A stretch of 64,000 bases of DNA, taken from contig NC_043011.1 of assembly GCF_006345805.1 (NCBI RefSeq), forward strand, positions 1,798,001 through 1,862,000, given 5' to 3'. The notes under the pieces were generated by a model. It was not told the origin of the DNA and did no database searches. It saw only the letters and a program-made list of their open reading frames with translations. Below are positions 23,754-36,328 of this stretch, piece after piece (the stretch's first letter is position 1; each line of letters starts with the position of its first letter). The DNA comes from Octopus sinensis. Its lineage: Eukaryota. The translations under genes and the position numbers were made by a program.

Positions 23754-24008
23754 TGTGTGTGTGTGTATGTGTGTGTGTGGAGGCATGTGGCTTAGTGGTT
23801 AGGGTGTTGAACTCATGATCATAAGGTTGTGGTTTCGATTCCTGGACCGGGCGATGCATTGTATTCTTGAGCAAAACACTTCATTTTCACGTTGCTCCAG
23901 TTCACTCAGCTGGCAAAAATGAGTAATCCTGCGATGGAGTGGCGTCCCATCCAGGTGGGGAATTTCTACGCCACTGAAACTTATGAGCCTGGTATGGCTC
24001 GAGAAGGA

Positions 24009-24050
<42 letters not shown>

Positions 24051-24218
24051 ACATATGACATGTTTTTTGCAGTTTCCTTCAACCAAACCCACTGATAAGG
24101 CTTTGGTTGGCCTGGGGCTACAGTACAAAATGCCCTAGATGCTTCCAAGATGCCTTGCAGTGAGACTGAACCCAGAACCATGTGATTGGGAACCAAACTT
24201 CTTAACACGCAACAGCCC
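23343..24218 (-). mobile_element. SINE family A split at its internal microsatellite (tail 23343-23590, head 24050-24218)
   Basis: The two halves are collinear and enclose (TA)n tracts and a SINE D. Confidence 0.75.
23779..24012 (+). mobile_element. SINE family D (V-like core), nested
   Basis: GGAGGCATGTGGCTTAGTGG...GGTTTCGATTCC; CCTGCGATGGAGTGGCGTCCCATCCAGG. Confidence 0.85.
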
Positions 24219-24871
24219 CACATAAAAATTTACGTTTATGTGTGTGCATGCGTGTATGTGTGTGCGTGTGTATACATTCATTTATGTGTGTGCCTCTAGC
24301 ATGTATGTTTTATTGTTTGTGTACATATATTGTAAGTGTGCTTGTGTGTATATATGTATATGTATGTGTCTATTATAAAGATTCTTCTTACCCTATTTTC
24401 TGCTTTATATTGAATGGTGTTGTTCTGTATCAGGAATTGTGATCGGTTTTCAAGACAATGTCAATTGTAACAGAGCTGCTGTAAGAAATATATGCTATAA
24501 TTCATAAATCTTTTATATCAATCTTCGTATAGTATTTGTATCTCCACTGAAATGTAGGCAAAATTTCTGATATCATAGATGAGGAATTTACAGAATTTTA
24601 TTGGTTGAAAGAAAAATAGAGTGGAGTTTGTATTAGGTGCTGCAAATATTGACTTATTTGTGTATCATAATGCAACTTACTTTTACTGCTTATATAAGTT
24701 GTATCAACCTCATTGTAAAACCTATTTAACTTGTGAGATAACAAGTGCATCTCTACACAATTCCTCTATATGCAAGAAATAGCAACCTATTTCTCTCAAC
24801 TTCGCCAATATCAACTTGAGAAATGGGAGACTCATCAGGCAGTGTAATTCTCATTTTATAAGATGAGATGG

Positions 24872-25140
24872 TAATCATCATCATTCATCATTGTTCGACC
24901 GTGGTCGAGACAATGGAATTTACCATGCTACACCAGACTTCACGGTCCATCATGGCATTACGGAGGTCCTGTTGCTGGATGCCTGTATCCCTGGAGATTA
25001 CATCAGGGTAGGAGAGTGTGCACCTTCTGGTATTGCGAGTAGATGGCTTCCAGAGGAGAAGAGTAGAAATTGCCTCTTTTTCAGCTCTACAACAATGTCC
25101 AGCAAACTGGACTCTCTTACCTTTCACAAGAGATGGTCAT
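24872..25140 (-). pseudogene. RTE-clade LINE ORF2 C-terminus, 5'-truncated
   Basis: RVQFAGHCCRAEKEAISTLLLWKP...SYPDVISRDTG...AMMDREVW, ending in an (ATG)n tail. Confidence 0.8.
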
Positions 25141-25859
25141 AGCCGGAATGCCTTTGTTCATGAGTTAGCTCTGTTGTGGTTGACATAAGATTAAAAAGCA
25201 TTAACACCTTATTTTAGAATTGTGTAGACTATGTCATGGAAGCGATGACTTTGATAAAACTCTATACAGAATTAGCAATGGAAAATGAACCATTAACACT
25301 TTAGTTGAACACTATTATGTACCCTTCCAACAGAAGGATAAGCTAGAGCATAACGAACTACAGATTATGGTAACTTCAACAATTAAAGGTGCTTTTTATA
25401 ACAGTGATAGTTACCACATTTTTGTACAGATTCAATCAATAATAGTTGATGTTTTATATATTGCTTACAGGTATTCTTTACCTACACATATTTCAAATTG
25501 AAAGACTCAATAGAGTAATTTAACACTCTATCAAGATGAACTTTTCATCACTGATCAATGTGCTCTGTATTGCGTCTGTGCTAAGATGCTTAATTCTCAT
25601 GTCTGAATTTCTCTGATGAACTGTTATGATAATAACTATTATGTCAATAATTTAAAATTCCTTGACTGTCTAAGCTTATCTTTCATATTTCTTAGTAGTT
25701 AGTTGCTAGTCCAATGCTCAGGGGTTTAGAATGTTGGAGCCTTGTGTTTTAAGTATCAATATTTGGAGTTCAAGTCTAACCTCAGGTAATGTTTATTAGT
25801 GGCTTCAATGCAATATTCATTATAGTATCATCATCATCATTGTGATCAAGATTGCCAGT

Positions 25860-27760
25860 GGTGGCAACAGTGGCAGTGGCAGTGATGGCAGCAGTGGTGG
25901 TAGTGGTAGTGGTGGTGGCAGTGGTGGTGGTAGTGATAGTGGTGGTGGTAGAGGTAGTGGTAGAGGTAGTGGTGGTGGTAGAGGTAGTTTTAGATAGTGG
26001 TGGTGGCAGTGGTGGTAGTGGTAGTGGTGGTGGCAGTGGTGGTGGTAGAGGTAGTGGTGGTGGCAGTGGTGGTTTTAGAGGTAGTGGTGGTGGTAGTGGT
26101 GGTGGTAGAGGTAGTGGTGGTGGCAGTGGTAGTGGTAGAGGTAGTGGTGGTAGCAGTGGTGGTAGTGGTAGTGGTGGTGGCAGTGGTGGTGATAGAGGTA
26201 GCGGTGGTGGCAGTGGTGGTTTTAGAGGTAGTGGTGGTGGTAGTGGTGGTGGTAGAGGTAGTGGTGGTGGCAGTGGTGGTTTTAGAGGTAGTGGTGGTGG
26301 TAGTGGTGGTGGTAGAGGTAGTGGTGGTGGCAGTGGTGGTAGTGGTAGTGGTGGTAGCAGTGGTGGTGATAGAGGTAGTGGTGGTGGCAGTGGTGGTTTT
26401 AGAGGTAGTGGTGGTGGCAGTGGTGGTGGTAGAGGTAGTGGTGGTGGCAGTGGTGGTGGTAGAGGTAGTGGTGGTGGCAGTGGTGGTAGTGATAGTGGTG
26501 GTGGCAGTAGTGGTAGAGGTAGTGGTGGTGGCAGTGGTGGTGGCAGTGGTGGTTTTAGAGGTAGTGGTGGTGGTAGTGGTGGTGGTAGAGGTAGTGGTGG
26601 TGGCAGTGGTGGTTTTAGAGGTAGTGGTGGTGGTAGTGGTGGTGGTAGAGGTAGTGGTGGTGGCAGTGGTGGTGATAGAGGTAGTGGTGGTGGCAGTGGT
26701 GGTTTTAGAGGTAGTGGTGGTGGTAGTGGTGGTGGTAGAGGTAGTGGTGGTGGCAGTGGTGGTGGTAGAGGTAGTGGTGGTGGCAGTGGTGGTAGTGGTA
26801 GTGGTGGTGGCAGTGGTGGTAGTGGTGGTAGCAGTGGTGGTAGTGGTGGTGCAGTGGTGGTTTTAGAGGTAGTGGTGGTGGTAGTGGTGGGGTAGAGGTA
26901 GTGGTGGTGGCAGTGGTGGTTTTAGAGGTAGTGGTGGTGGCAGTGGTGGTGGTAGAGGTAGTGGTGGTGGCAGTGGTGGTGGTAGAGGTAGTGGTGGTGG
27001 CAGTGGTGGTAGTGATAGTGGTGGTGGCAGTAGTGGTAGAGGTAGTGGTGGTGGCAGTGGTGGTTTTAGAGGTAGTGGTGGTGGTAGAGGTAGTGGTGGT
27101 AGAGGTAGTGGTGGTGGCAGTGGTGGTGGTAGAGGTAGTGGTGGTGGCAGTGGTGGTGGTAGAGGTAGTGGTGGTGGGAGTGGTGGTAGTGGTAGTGGTG
27201 GTGGGAGTGGTGGTGGTAGAGGTAGTGGTGGTGGCAGTGGTGGTAGTGGTAGTGGTGGTGGCAGTGGTTCTGGTAGAGGTAGTGGTGGTGGCAGTGGTGG
27301 TAGTGATAGTGGTGGTGGCAGTGGTGGTTTTAGAGGTAGTGGTGGTGGCAGTGGTGGTTTTAGAGGTAGTGGTGGTGGTAGAGGTAGCGGTGGTGGCAGT
27401 GGTGGTGGTAGAGGTAGTGGTGGTGGCAGTGGTGGTGGTAGAGGTAGTGGTGGTGGGAGTGGTGGTAGTGGTAGTGGTGGTGGCAGTGGTGGTTTTAGAG
27501 GTAGTGGTGGTGGTAGAGGTAGTGGTGGTGGCAGTGGTGGTGGTAGAGGTAGCGGTGGTGGCAGTGGTGGTGGTAGAGGTAGTGGTGGTGGGAGTGGTGG
27601 TAGAGGTAGTGGTGGTGGCAGTGGTGGTGGTAGTGGTGGTGGAAACGATGGCTGCAGTGGCAGTGGCAGTGGTGGTGGTAGTGGTGGTGGTGGCAGTGGT
27701 GGCTGCAGTGGCAGTGGTGGTGGTAGTGGTGGTGGTAGTAGTGGCTGCTGTGGTGCCAGC
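25860..27760. repeat. G-rich (GGT/AGT/GGC) minisatellite, ~30-bp units AGAGGTAGTGGTGGTGGCAGTGGTGGT(GGT/TTT/GAT)
   Basis: Direct; about 1.9 kb; frame breaks near 26850 and 26890. Confidence 0.95.
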
Positions 27761-28646
27761 AGCAGCAGCTTCGTTGCAATTGTCATTGGAAGTGGCAGCA
27801 TCAGTGCCTTTGGTAGCATTGCTGACAGTAGTGGTGGCTGCAGCATCATCGCCAACATTAGCGGTGGTGGTCGCACCACCACTGCAGTCCCATTTTACAT
27901 CCACTTTTTATGCTGGAATAAACCGGATGGATTATTACATTCAGTTCTTACTGGGAGCTATTATCCTTTAAAGGTGGGTCAGAGGACAATAACTCCCTGA
28001 TGTGTTTAAATTTTCTAATAGTTTCTACTGCTGGATGCCCTTCCTTCCTAACACCAGCCACTTTATAAAGTGTATTGAGTGCACTTTATCATGATACTAG
28101 AACTTGAAAAGTCAAAACATACAGTAAAACATTAAAGAAAAAAACAGAAAAATGTTACCTCAGTTGAGTTTGAACTCAGAATGTAAACCAATGTAATTAA
28201 ATAACACCACAAAGTTAGCCAAGCTCTTTCCTAATTTTGTTATACATCATTTCTAATAGTAGTAGTAGCAGTAGTAGTGGTGGTGGTGGTTATGGTGGTG
28301 GTGGTGGTGGTGATGGTGGTGGTAGTGGTGGTGATGAAAACAGATTGTAATAATGATGATAATGATTCAACAGTAACTAAATGTACTAAATGACCTGTCT
28401 TCAGGGGTAACACAATTTTGTAATTTGTAACACAATTGGTGAGTCACTAGACTCCCAAGTAGCTTCACAGTTAGACATCCTTTTTTATTAACCACTTGAC
28501 AATGGGAGTGGAATAGAACTCACACAGATCCAGACAAGCAATGTTCTGAAATTCAGTAGAGTGACTGAAGTAAGTTAGTGTTCTAGTACCATGTTAGTGT
28601 GTCCCTGAATATCAACTCTGAAAAGTATATCAATGAGTTAGTTAAC

Positions 28647-28862
28647 GGATCTTTTCAGTCTGAAGCACGGATTTTCTAATTAACTTTTCTAACTAAACAC
28701 TTTGAAACTTTGGATATTGGTTGAATGTGTCACGTAGAATAGGGTTTATTCTTAATGTTTTTGACAAAATTTTGTATTTTAGAAGTTATTTCGTGTTAAA
28801 TTTGTCGTGTTTGGGTAATTTTAACCAATCAATGATGTGTACTCAGCTGAAGAAAGTTACTG
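28647..28862 (+). mobile_element. Arm of a GGATC-terminated MITE-related element (inverted partner at 31136-31350)
   Basis: Begins GGATCTTTTCAGTCTGAAGCACGG; related to the 19003 element; the reverse complement aligns to 31136-31350. Confidence 0.65.
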
Positions 28863-28944
28863 CTGCTGTTTGTGAACAACAACTTCCGGGTCCATTAACA
28901 AAATGAATCTTCAACAACAGAAAAATTTAAACATATATATATAT

Positions 28945-29145
28945 ACATAATGGGAAAGTTTACGAAAATAAACAAAAGACGAAGGCAGGTGGAGTACAAA
29001 CAAACAAATGTATTAGTATAGTGCTCAGGAATAGAAATAGAAAAAGTCTTTTACGTTTCGAGCCTACGCTTTTCAACAGAAAGATACACAGAAAAAAACA
29101 AGGAGAGAAAAAAAATGCGTGTAGGAGCTAACGATCTATCATGGT
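28945..29145 (-). mobile_element. Penelope-like pLTR family P1 with hammerhead-like motif at 29047-29084
   Basis: Reverse complement of 17606-17800; TCTTT-CTGTTGA-A-AAGC GTAG GCTC-GAAAC GTA-AAAGA; abuts (TA)n. Confidence 0.65.
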
Positions 29146-29300
29146 ATATACTTACATTAGGCGCTCAGGAAAATGGAAGAAGGAGGGTATGACGTTTCGA
29201 GCGGAGCTCTTCGTCGGAAACATAGGAGAAAGAAAGATCCCGAGACGGGAGGACAGAGGAAAAAAAAATTGCAGGTAGTCTTCACGAGGTCACATACTAA
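29146..29300 (-). mobile_element. Second pLTR-like segment with degenerate hammerhead motif at 29187-29221
   Basis: GTTT-CCGACGA-A-GAGC TCC GCTC-GAAAC GTC-ATAC. Confidence 0.5.
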
Positions 29301-29394
29301 AAAGACGGAAGTGGTAAAAAAGGAGGAAAATGTTTTTTAAAAACAGGAGAGCTGAATCAAAGAGGGAATGGTAAAAAAGGTGTGCGAGAAAACG

Positions 29395-30716
29395 AGGGTG
29401 TGTGTGTGAGTGTGTGCGTGTGTGTGTATGTGTGTGTATGGTGGACAGTGGCTAGTAGCAGGCAGTAGTAGAATTAAAGGAGTGTGTGGGGGTACCCTAG
29501 CAAGTCAGAAAGGCAGATCAGAAACAGGGAGGTATGTGTGTGTGCGTGTGTATGTATGTGTGAGTGTGTGCGTGTGTGTATGTGTGTGTGAGGCGAGATA
29601 AAAAAAACAAAAAATATGTATATGTTAGTGCGTGCAGGGCGAACAGATGACATAGCAAGTCTCGAGTGAGTGGTCAGTGGTAAAAAAAGGGAGGAAGGAG
29701 GGAAGAAGGGAAGGAGGGAAAGGGTGGGGGCGTATGTAACGTGCCAGTGTGTGTGTAGAGTGGTAGTGTGTCCAGTGTGCGTAGTTGTGTGTATGGCAAG
29801 TAAATTTGAAGTGTGTGTAAGTGTAATGTATATATATATGCAAATGTGTGTGTGTGAGTGGGTGTGTGTATGTGTGTGCGAGTGGGTGTGTGTATGTGTG
29901 TGCGTGTGTGTACAAAGAGGGGGGGTTAGGAAAAAAACTGCAGCGGAGGGGGGGGAGGGGAAGATGGAAGAGTGGTCCCGCGGCGACAGGCGTGGGAGAA
30001 CCCAAAAACACGTGCCGGCCCCAGATACGTACAGGAGATCTAGTTGGTCAACCACGAGCGTGGTGCATGCATGCGTGTATGCGTGCGCGAACGTGCACAA
30101 GCGTGTATGTGCGCGCGCCTGCGAGTGTGTGTGTAAGTATGTATGTGTGTGGATGTGTGAGTGTGTCTGTGTGTAAGTCTGGGTGTCAGTGTGTCCGATG
30201 AATGTATGTAAGTATGTGTGTGTATATGTGTGTATATAGATGTATGTCCGTGTGTGTGTGTTAGTATGTGTATGAGTGTGTATGTATGTACGTGTGTGTG
30301 TGTGGAAGTGTGTGTAGGTGCATGTGTATGCGCGTACATGCAGGTGTGTGAGTGAGTGTGTGTGTGTGTATGTATGTGTGAGTGTGTATGTCTGTGTGTG
30401 TAGGATGCATGTATGTGTATGGGTGTATGTATGTGTGTGTGTGTGTATGTATGTGTACGTGCATGTGTGTGTGTGTATGCATGTATGCATGTATGCGTAT
30501 GCATGTGCGTATGTGTGTGTGTGTGTGTGTGTGCATGTGTGTAGGTATATATGTATGTGCGTATATGTGTGTGTATGTACGTACATGTGTGTGTGTGTAT
30601 GCATGTGTGTGTATGTAGGTGTGTAGGCGTGTGTGTATAGGTGTATGTATGTAAGTATGTATGGGTGTGTCCGTGTGTGTGTGTGTATGCATGTGTGTGT
30701 ATGTAGGTGTGTGGGC

Positions 30717-30758
<42 letters not shown>

Positions 30759-30770
30759 ATATACGCACAC
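29395..30770. repeat. (TG)-rich low-complexity region with GC-rich interspersed blocks
   Basis: Direct. Confidence 0.85.
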
Positions 30771-31135
30771 ACAATAATAGGCAGAAGCTACGGTGACAAT
30801 GGCCAAATTTGTGTTTGATAAGTGCCAATACATGAAACTCTCAGCTTTTGACTTACTCTCTAATTTCTGCCAATGATATATATACATACATATATGTGTA
30901 AAAAAATCTCATCACGCAATCGAACCAATGATAGAGCCTCTACCTGGTTGCTCGACATGCTAAAAATAGCACCCAAAGTATCCCCCTACTTCTTCGGATA
31001 CTGGTTGACTGTATCAGAGGTTTTTCTATTCTGTATATAAAAAGTTTGGCTACTTTTCTAGCAGATCATGCAACCACATACAGGTGCTGTCGTTGGTCTG
31101 TCTCATTAATAATCTTGTGAAAATAATGGGCCAGA

Positions 31136-31350
31136 TGTAACTTTCTTCAGCTGAATACACATCATTGATTGGTTAAAATTACCCAACTATGACAAATTTA
31201 ACATGAAATAACTTCTAAAATACAAAATTTTGAAAAAAACGCTAAGAGTAAACCATGTTCTACATGACACATTCAACCAGTATCCAAAGTTTCAAAGTGT
31301 TTAGTTAAAAAAGTTAATTAAAAAATCTGTGCTTGAGATTGAACAGATCC
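31136..31350 (-). mobile_element. Inverted partner arm of 28647-28862
   Basis: Ends ...GAACAGATCC. Confidence 0.65.
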
Positions 31351-31392
31351 CTTTATTATTAACATTACTATTGAGTTTCTGATTTAACTCCG

Positions 31393-31600
31393 ACACACAC
31401 ACACACACACACACATACATACATAAATACATGCATAGATATATATATATATACACACACATACATATATATATATACATATATAAACACTCTCTCTCTC
31501 TCACACACACACGCTCATACACACACCCACATACATACATACATACATAAATACATGCATATATGTACACACACATACATATATATATATATATAAACAA

Positions 31601-31631
<31 letters not shown>

Positions 31632-31689
31632 TATATATACATGCATAGATATATATATACACACACATACATATATACATATATAAACA

Positions 31690-31721
<32 letters not shown>

Positions 31722-32027
31722 TACATACATACATAAATACATGCATATATATATACACACACATACATATATATATACATATATAAACACACACTCTCTC
31801 TCTCTCTCTCTCACACACATACTCACACCACATACATACATACATACATACATAAATACATGCATATATATACACACATACATATATATATATACATATA
31901 TAACACTCTCTCTCTCTCTCTCACACACACACATATACAAACAGACACACATACATACATACATACATAAATACATGCATATATATATATATACACACAC
32001 ATACATATATATATACATATATAAACA

Positions 32028-32065
<38 letters not shown>

Positions 32066-32253
32066 TACATACATAAATACATGCATAGATATATATATAT
32101 ATACACACACATACATATATATATATATATACATATATAACACTCTCTCTCTCTCACACACACACGCTCATACACACACCCACATACATACATACATACA
32201 TAAATACATGCATATATGTACACACACATACATATATATATATATATAAACAA

Positions 32254-32284
<31 letters not shown>

Positions 32285-32668
32285 TATATATACATGCATA
32301 GATATATATATACACACACATACATATATACATATATAAACACTCTCTCTCTCACACACACATACACACACATACATACATACATAAATACATGCATATA
32401 TATATACACACACATACATATATATATACATATATAAACACACACTCTCTCTCTCTCTCACACACATACTCACACCCACATACATACATACATACATACA
32501 TAAATACATGCATATCTATATACACACACATACATATATACATATATAAACACTCTCTCTCTCTCTCTCACACACACACATATACAAACAGACACACATA
32601 CATACATACACAAATACATGCATATATATATATATACACACATACATATATATATACATATATAAACA

Positions 32669-32702
<34 letters not shown>

Positions 32703-32705
32703 TCT
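31393..32705. repeat. Compound (CA)(CATA)(TA)(CT) minisatellite, ~90-bp units, ~650-bp higher-order duplication
   Basis: Marker motifs ACGCTC, AAACAA and CAAACAG recur at offsets 647-653. Confidence 0.93.
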
Positions 32706-33349
32706 ATCTGCCAACCTGTGTCAATAAAAATATTAAATACTAAGTGGGAAAGAAACAGGTTTGTAAACTTCGAGCATATTGTCAATAACACCAGAGCTAT
32801 GCCACTATGAGAAGATGTGATCTATAAGAAATTATTACAAAATTATTCAGAAGAATATTCTAAATTTCAATGCTATGTGTGGTTTTTAAAAAGCAGAGTA
32901 TTAATGTGCTCCAGCATAACATTATTTATGTAGCTGATGTTATAGTTCATAGCTGAGACATTTGAATAAATAGATTTACTCAAACAGAGAAAGACTCTAT
33001 ATTAACTATAGCATAAATCAGTCATTCTCTATTACATGCTAGTCAGTTCTATTGTAGGGCTTCTGAAGTATTTTATTGCCTAAAGTTTATGCTGGGGTTG
33101 CTCAAATCTTATTGTATGAAGTTTATTGTTGAGGCACCAAAGTTCTTTTTCCGAAAGCCTGCCATATTGTTCTGTATTTGCTCATCAAATTGTCTGTTGT
33201 TGTTACTTAAATTTTATTTGGTTTCTCTTTTAGTTCTTTATTTACAAAGGAATTGTAATCTCAGTGACATGATTTACATTTGCCTGAACTGAAATATGAT
33301 TCAGACAGCAATCGAGAATAAGTGGTTTATTTGATGTTGCTTGGCCTCT

Positions 33350-33800
33350 ACTGCTAAGCAACTCGCAGCCAATGGTTGACTGTTCTCTTTATTAATGTCC
33401 ATTATGACCCTTGGTTTTAAGTGCTTTGGTCAACTCAGCTGACATAGCAGCCATTTCTCTTCTCTCATACTTTCTTCCCCAATGTACTCTTGCATTTATC
33501 TCACCATCCCCCTCTGCTATTGCCAGTCACACTCCTGAATCCCTCTATATTCCTGCTTTCTTCTCTTCATACTCTTGTTCCTTCAACCATCCTATCTTTT
33601 CTGTTCCTTTGATATTGTTGTTCTTTCGCTTGTTTCTCTTCTCAGTCACCTGTGCAAATACACAATCATTTGATTTATTAAGTACTCTCTATACTAACAT
33701 CGGCTTCCCTAAACTCGCCTCTCAAATCCCAACTTCTGGCCTTTCTGCTATCATTATTCCCTTTCCAAATCTTCATTTACTCTGCACAGAGCTACCCTTA
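33350..33800 (-). pseudogene. Highly decayed RTE-like ORF2 remnant
   Basis: Minus-strand IAEGDGEINARVHWG and LKG-like fragments; weak. Confidence 0.4.
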
Positions 33801-34557
33801 CCTACTGATTTCACTGTTAAGTGGTTGGCTAAATGACCAGTAGGAGTGGATGAATTTTCTTGTGGCACCGACACTAGAGGGGCAAATAGTATTTCTAGTC
33901 CTGTCTGACCGAGGATTAGTCAACTTCTCTAGTTTTGGTGCCATAACAAAGTGCACCTTGCACACGGTGCAAGGGTGATGGAATTAGAAAAGCATTCAGT
34001 CATAGAAAACAAGCCATGGACATGCATGAGTACTTTGTATCTGAGAGCAGTAACTCTCAATGTGAGGCAACTTGGACCATGACAACCCACCTAACACATG
34101 CCATCATAGAAAGTGAAAGTAAAATGATGATGTGGATTTATATATCTAACTTTACAAATAAGTATGAATAAATATATGCTGTAGATTTAAGGATACGGTC
34201 AGATACTTGAGTTTCTTTTAGTACTTAAATAATATGAGACAATGTTGTTTACTACAAAACGAAATATGTGCACTGTTTTACGCACAGTAATTAAAGCTCG
34301 AAAAACATGCATGTTGCACACATGCATTTGCTGCACTTGGAAAAGAAAAAGAACAATGCAAAAAAAAATGTAAAGTTTATTACACGTATTTGTGTAATCA
34401 GTCATTGAACTGAAGCTGTGCTACCATACTGATTAGTCTACCATACTGATTCCATAATTTTTTTCATTGATCTCATGTACCGCTGCAAAATTGCAGGATA
34501 CAAACGAAGGCACTGGTTTTTAAGTAGGGTCAATGAAAAAGCAAAATGTAAATGCAT

Positions 34558-34572
34558 GCATGCACACACACA

Positions 34573-34618
<46 letters not shown>

Positions 34619-34790
34619 CAAACACACGCAAACAAACACACACACACACACACACACAAACACACAAACACACACACGCACACACGCACACACGCACACG
34701 CACACACGCACACACATACAAACACACACACACACACACAAACATACGCACACAAACACACACACAAACACACGCACACAAACACGTGAC
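34558..34790. repeat. (CA)n-rich microsatellite
   Basis: Direct. Confidence 0.95.
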
Positions 34791-35041
34791 CACATGATTA
34801 TCCCACGACCCTCTTAACTACTACACAGTTATGCCTACACCTGGAGAGAAGGAAAATTAAAATTAAAATGTTCTTAAAATAAACAAAAGTTGAAGACATT
34901 ACTTTGGAATGGAGATTTCATTATTGTTAAAACTGAAATGATTAAATCAATTAGCACAGCTGAAAGAATAATTTTTAATAGAAATTAAATACATTTTAGC
35001 AAACTTAAATAGTCTTTTGTGGTGCTTATCTGTAGACCTGT

Positions 35042-35459
35042 TACTCTTTACTCTTTTACTCTTTTACTTGTTTCAGTCATTTGATTGCGGCCATGCTGGA
35101 GCACCGCCTTTAGTCAAGCAAATTGACCCCGGGACTTATTCTTTGTAAGCCCAGTACTTATTCTATCGGTCTCTTTTGCCGAACCGCTAAGTGACTGGGA
35201 CGTAAACACACCAGCATCGGTTGTCAAGCAATGCTAGGGGGACAAACATAGACACACAAACATATACACACACACATATATATATATATACATATATATG
35301 ACAGGCTTCTTTCAGTTTCCGTCTACACAATCCACTCACAAGGCATTGGTCAGCCCGGGGCTATAGCAGAAGACACTCGCCCAAGATGCCACGCAGTGGA
35401 ACTGAACCTGGAACCATGTGGTTGGTTAGCAAGCTACTTACCACACAGCTACTCCTGCG
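35042..35459 (-). mobile_element. SINE family A, full-length
   Basis: Match to the 5276 copy. Confidence 0.9.
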
Positions 35460-35479
35460 CTGGATTGTACCAATTTAAG

Positions 35480-35985
35480 TTAATAATATATATAATGAAA
35501 TTATTGTATACAGTGCTCAGGTGCACCACAACTTGTCAAAAAGTGCATATAAAGTATATGCAGTAATTTACAAATGTCTGGAAAGCGAACAGTGTATGAG
35601 TCAGATACATGCGTGTATGTGTGTGTATGGAGGGGAGAAAATCAGGTGTAGTTTTGGCGAATCTCAGAAAGCATAGAAGTTTTGAAGGATGCAGTGCTCC
35701 GACAAAACTAACAACTGATGCCGGCAGTTTGTTCCATGCTTCAGCAACTCTTAGCGTGAAAAAATGTTTCCGAAAGTCATGGGAGCTGTGCTGCTTTCTG
35801 ACTTTGTAAACACGTCCCTGGATGTTAGACAGGTGGAGTCTGAAAAGGTGCTCAGAGTTATTGCTTGTAAGATGGTTAATAATTTTATGTGTATCTGCCA
35901 AGTCAGCTGCCAGACGTCGGAGTTTCGATGTGTCCATGCCCAGGGAAGTAAGGCGTTCAGAATATGGCAAGTTATTTAATTTGAA
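35480..35985 (-). mobile_element. CR1-clade LINE 3' end, 5'-truncated
   Basis: LPYSERLTSLGMDTSKLRRLAADLADTHKII...RKHFFTLRVAEAWNKLPASVV is the classic CR1 ORF2 C-terminus; short ATT-type tail at about 35480. Confidence 0.88.
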
Positions 35986-35987
35986 GA

Positions 35988-36328
35988 CAGTGGTTCTCAA
36001 ATGGGGTCAATAATGACCTGTGGGGGTCCATATATGATTTTTAGGGGTCCATGCAAGCAAAATAGTAAATTGGGGACCGACATTAGTATTATAAGGGTCC
36101 ATGAAAAAATTTTGCTTTAGATGTTTTTATTGCAAGAAACAGCTCAGTTTCTTTCTCTAGTGTTTTCCATAGTTCAGCCGACACAAGTGAATGAGTGAAG
36201 AACAAAATAATAATTTTGAAAGAATTATCTATAAAATTAGTTTTTAAACATCAAATGGCTATGGTGGTCCACCAGAATAGAAAAATAATCAAAGGGGTCC
36301 ATTGTTAAAAAATGGTTGGGAACCACTG
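35988..36328. mobile_element. hAT (Charlie-like) MITE
   Basis: TIR CAGTGGTTCTCAA / TTGGGAACCACTG; the right flank fits NNNTANNN; left TSD not retained (abuts the CR1). Confidence 0.8.

Noticed and set aside
29474-32791. Many His/Thr/Tyr or Cys/Val ORFs (also at 12.3-12.8, 21.0, 34.4 and 41.4 kb)
   Set aside because: Translations of (CA)n/(TG)n/(TA)n tracts.
33411-33836. 141-aa plus-strand ORF
   Set aside because: Pyrimidine-biased antisense of a probable LINE remnant; no domain features.
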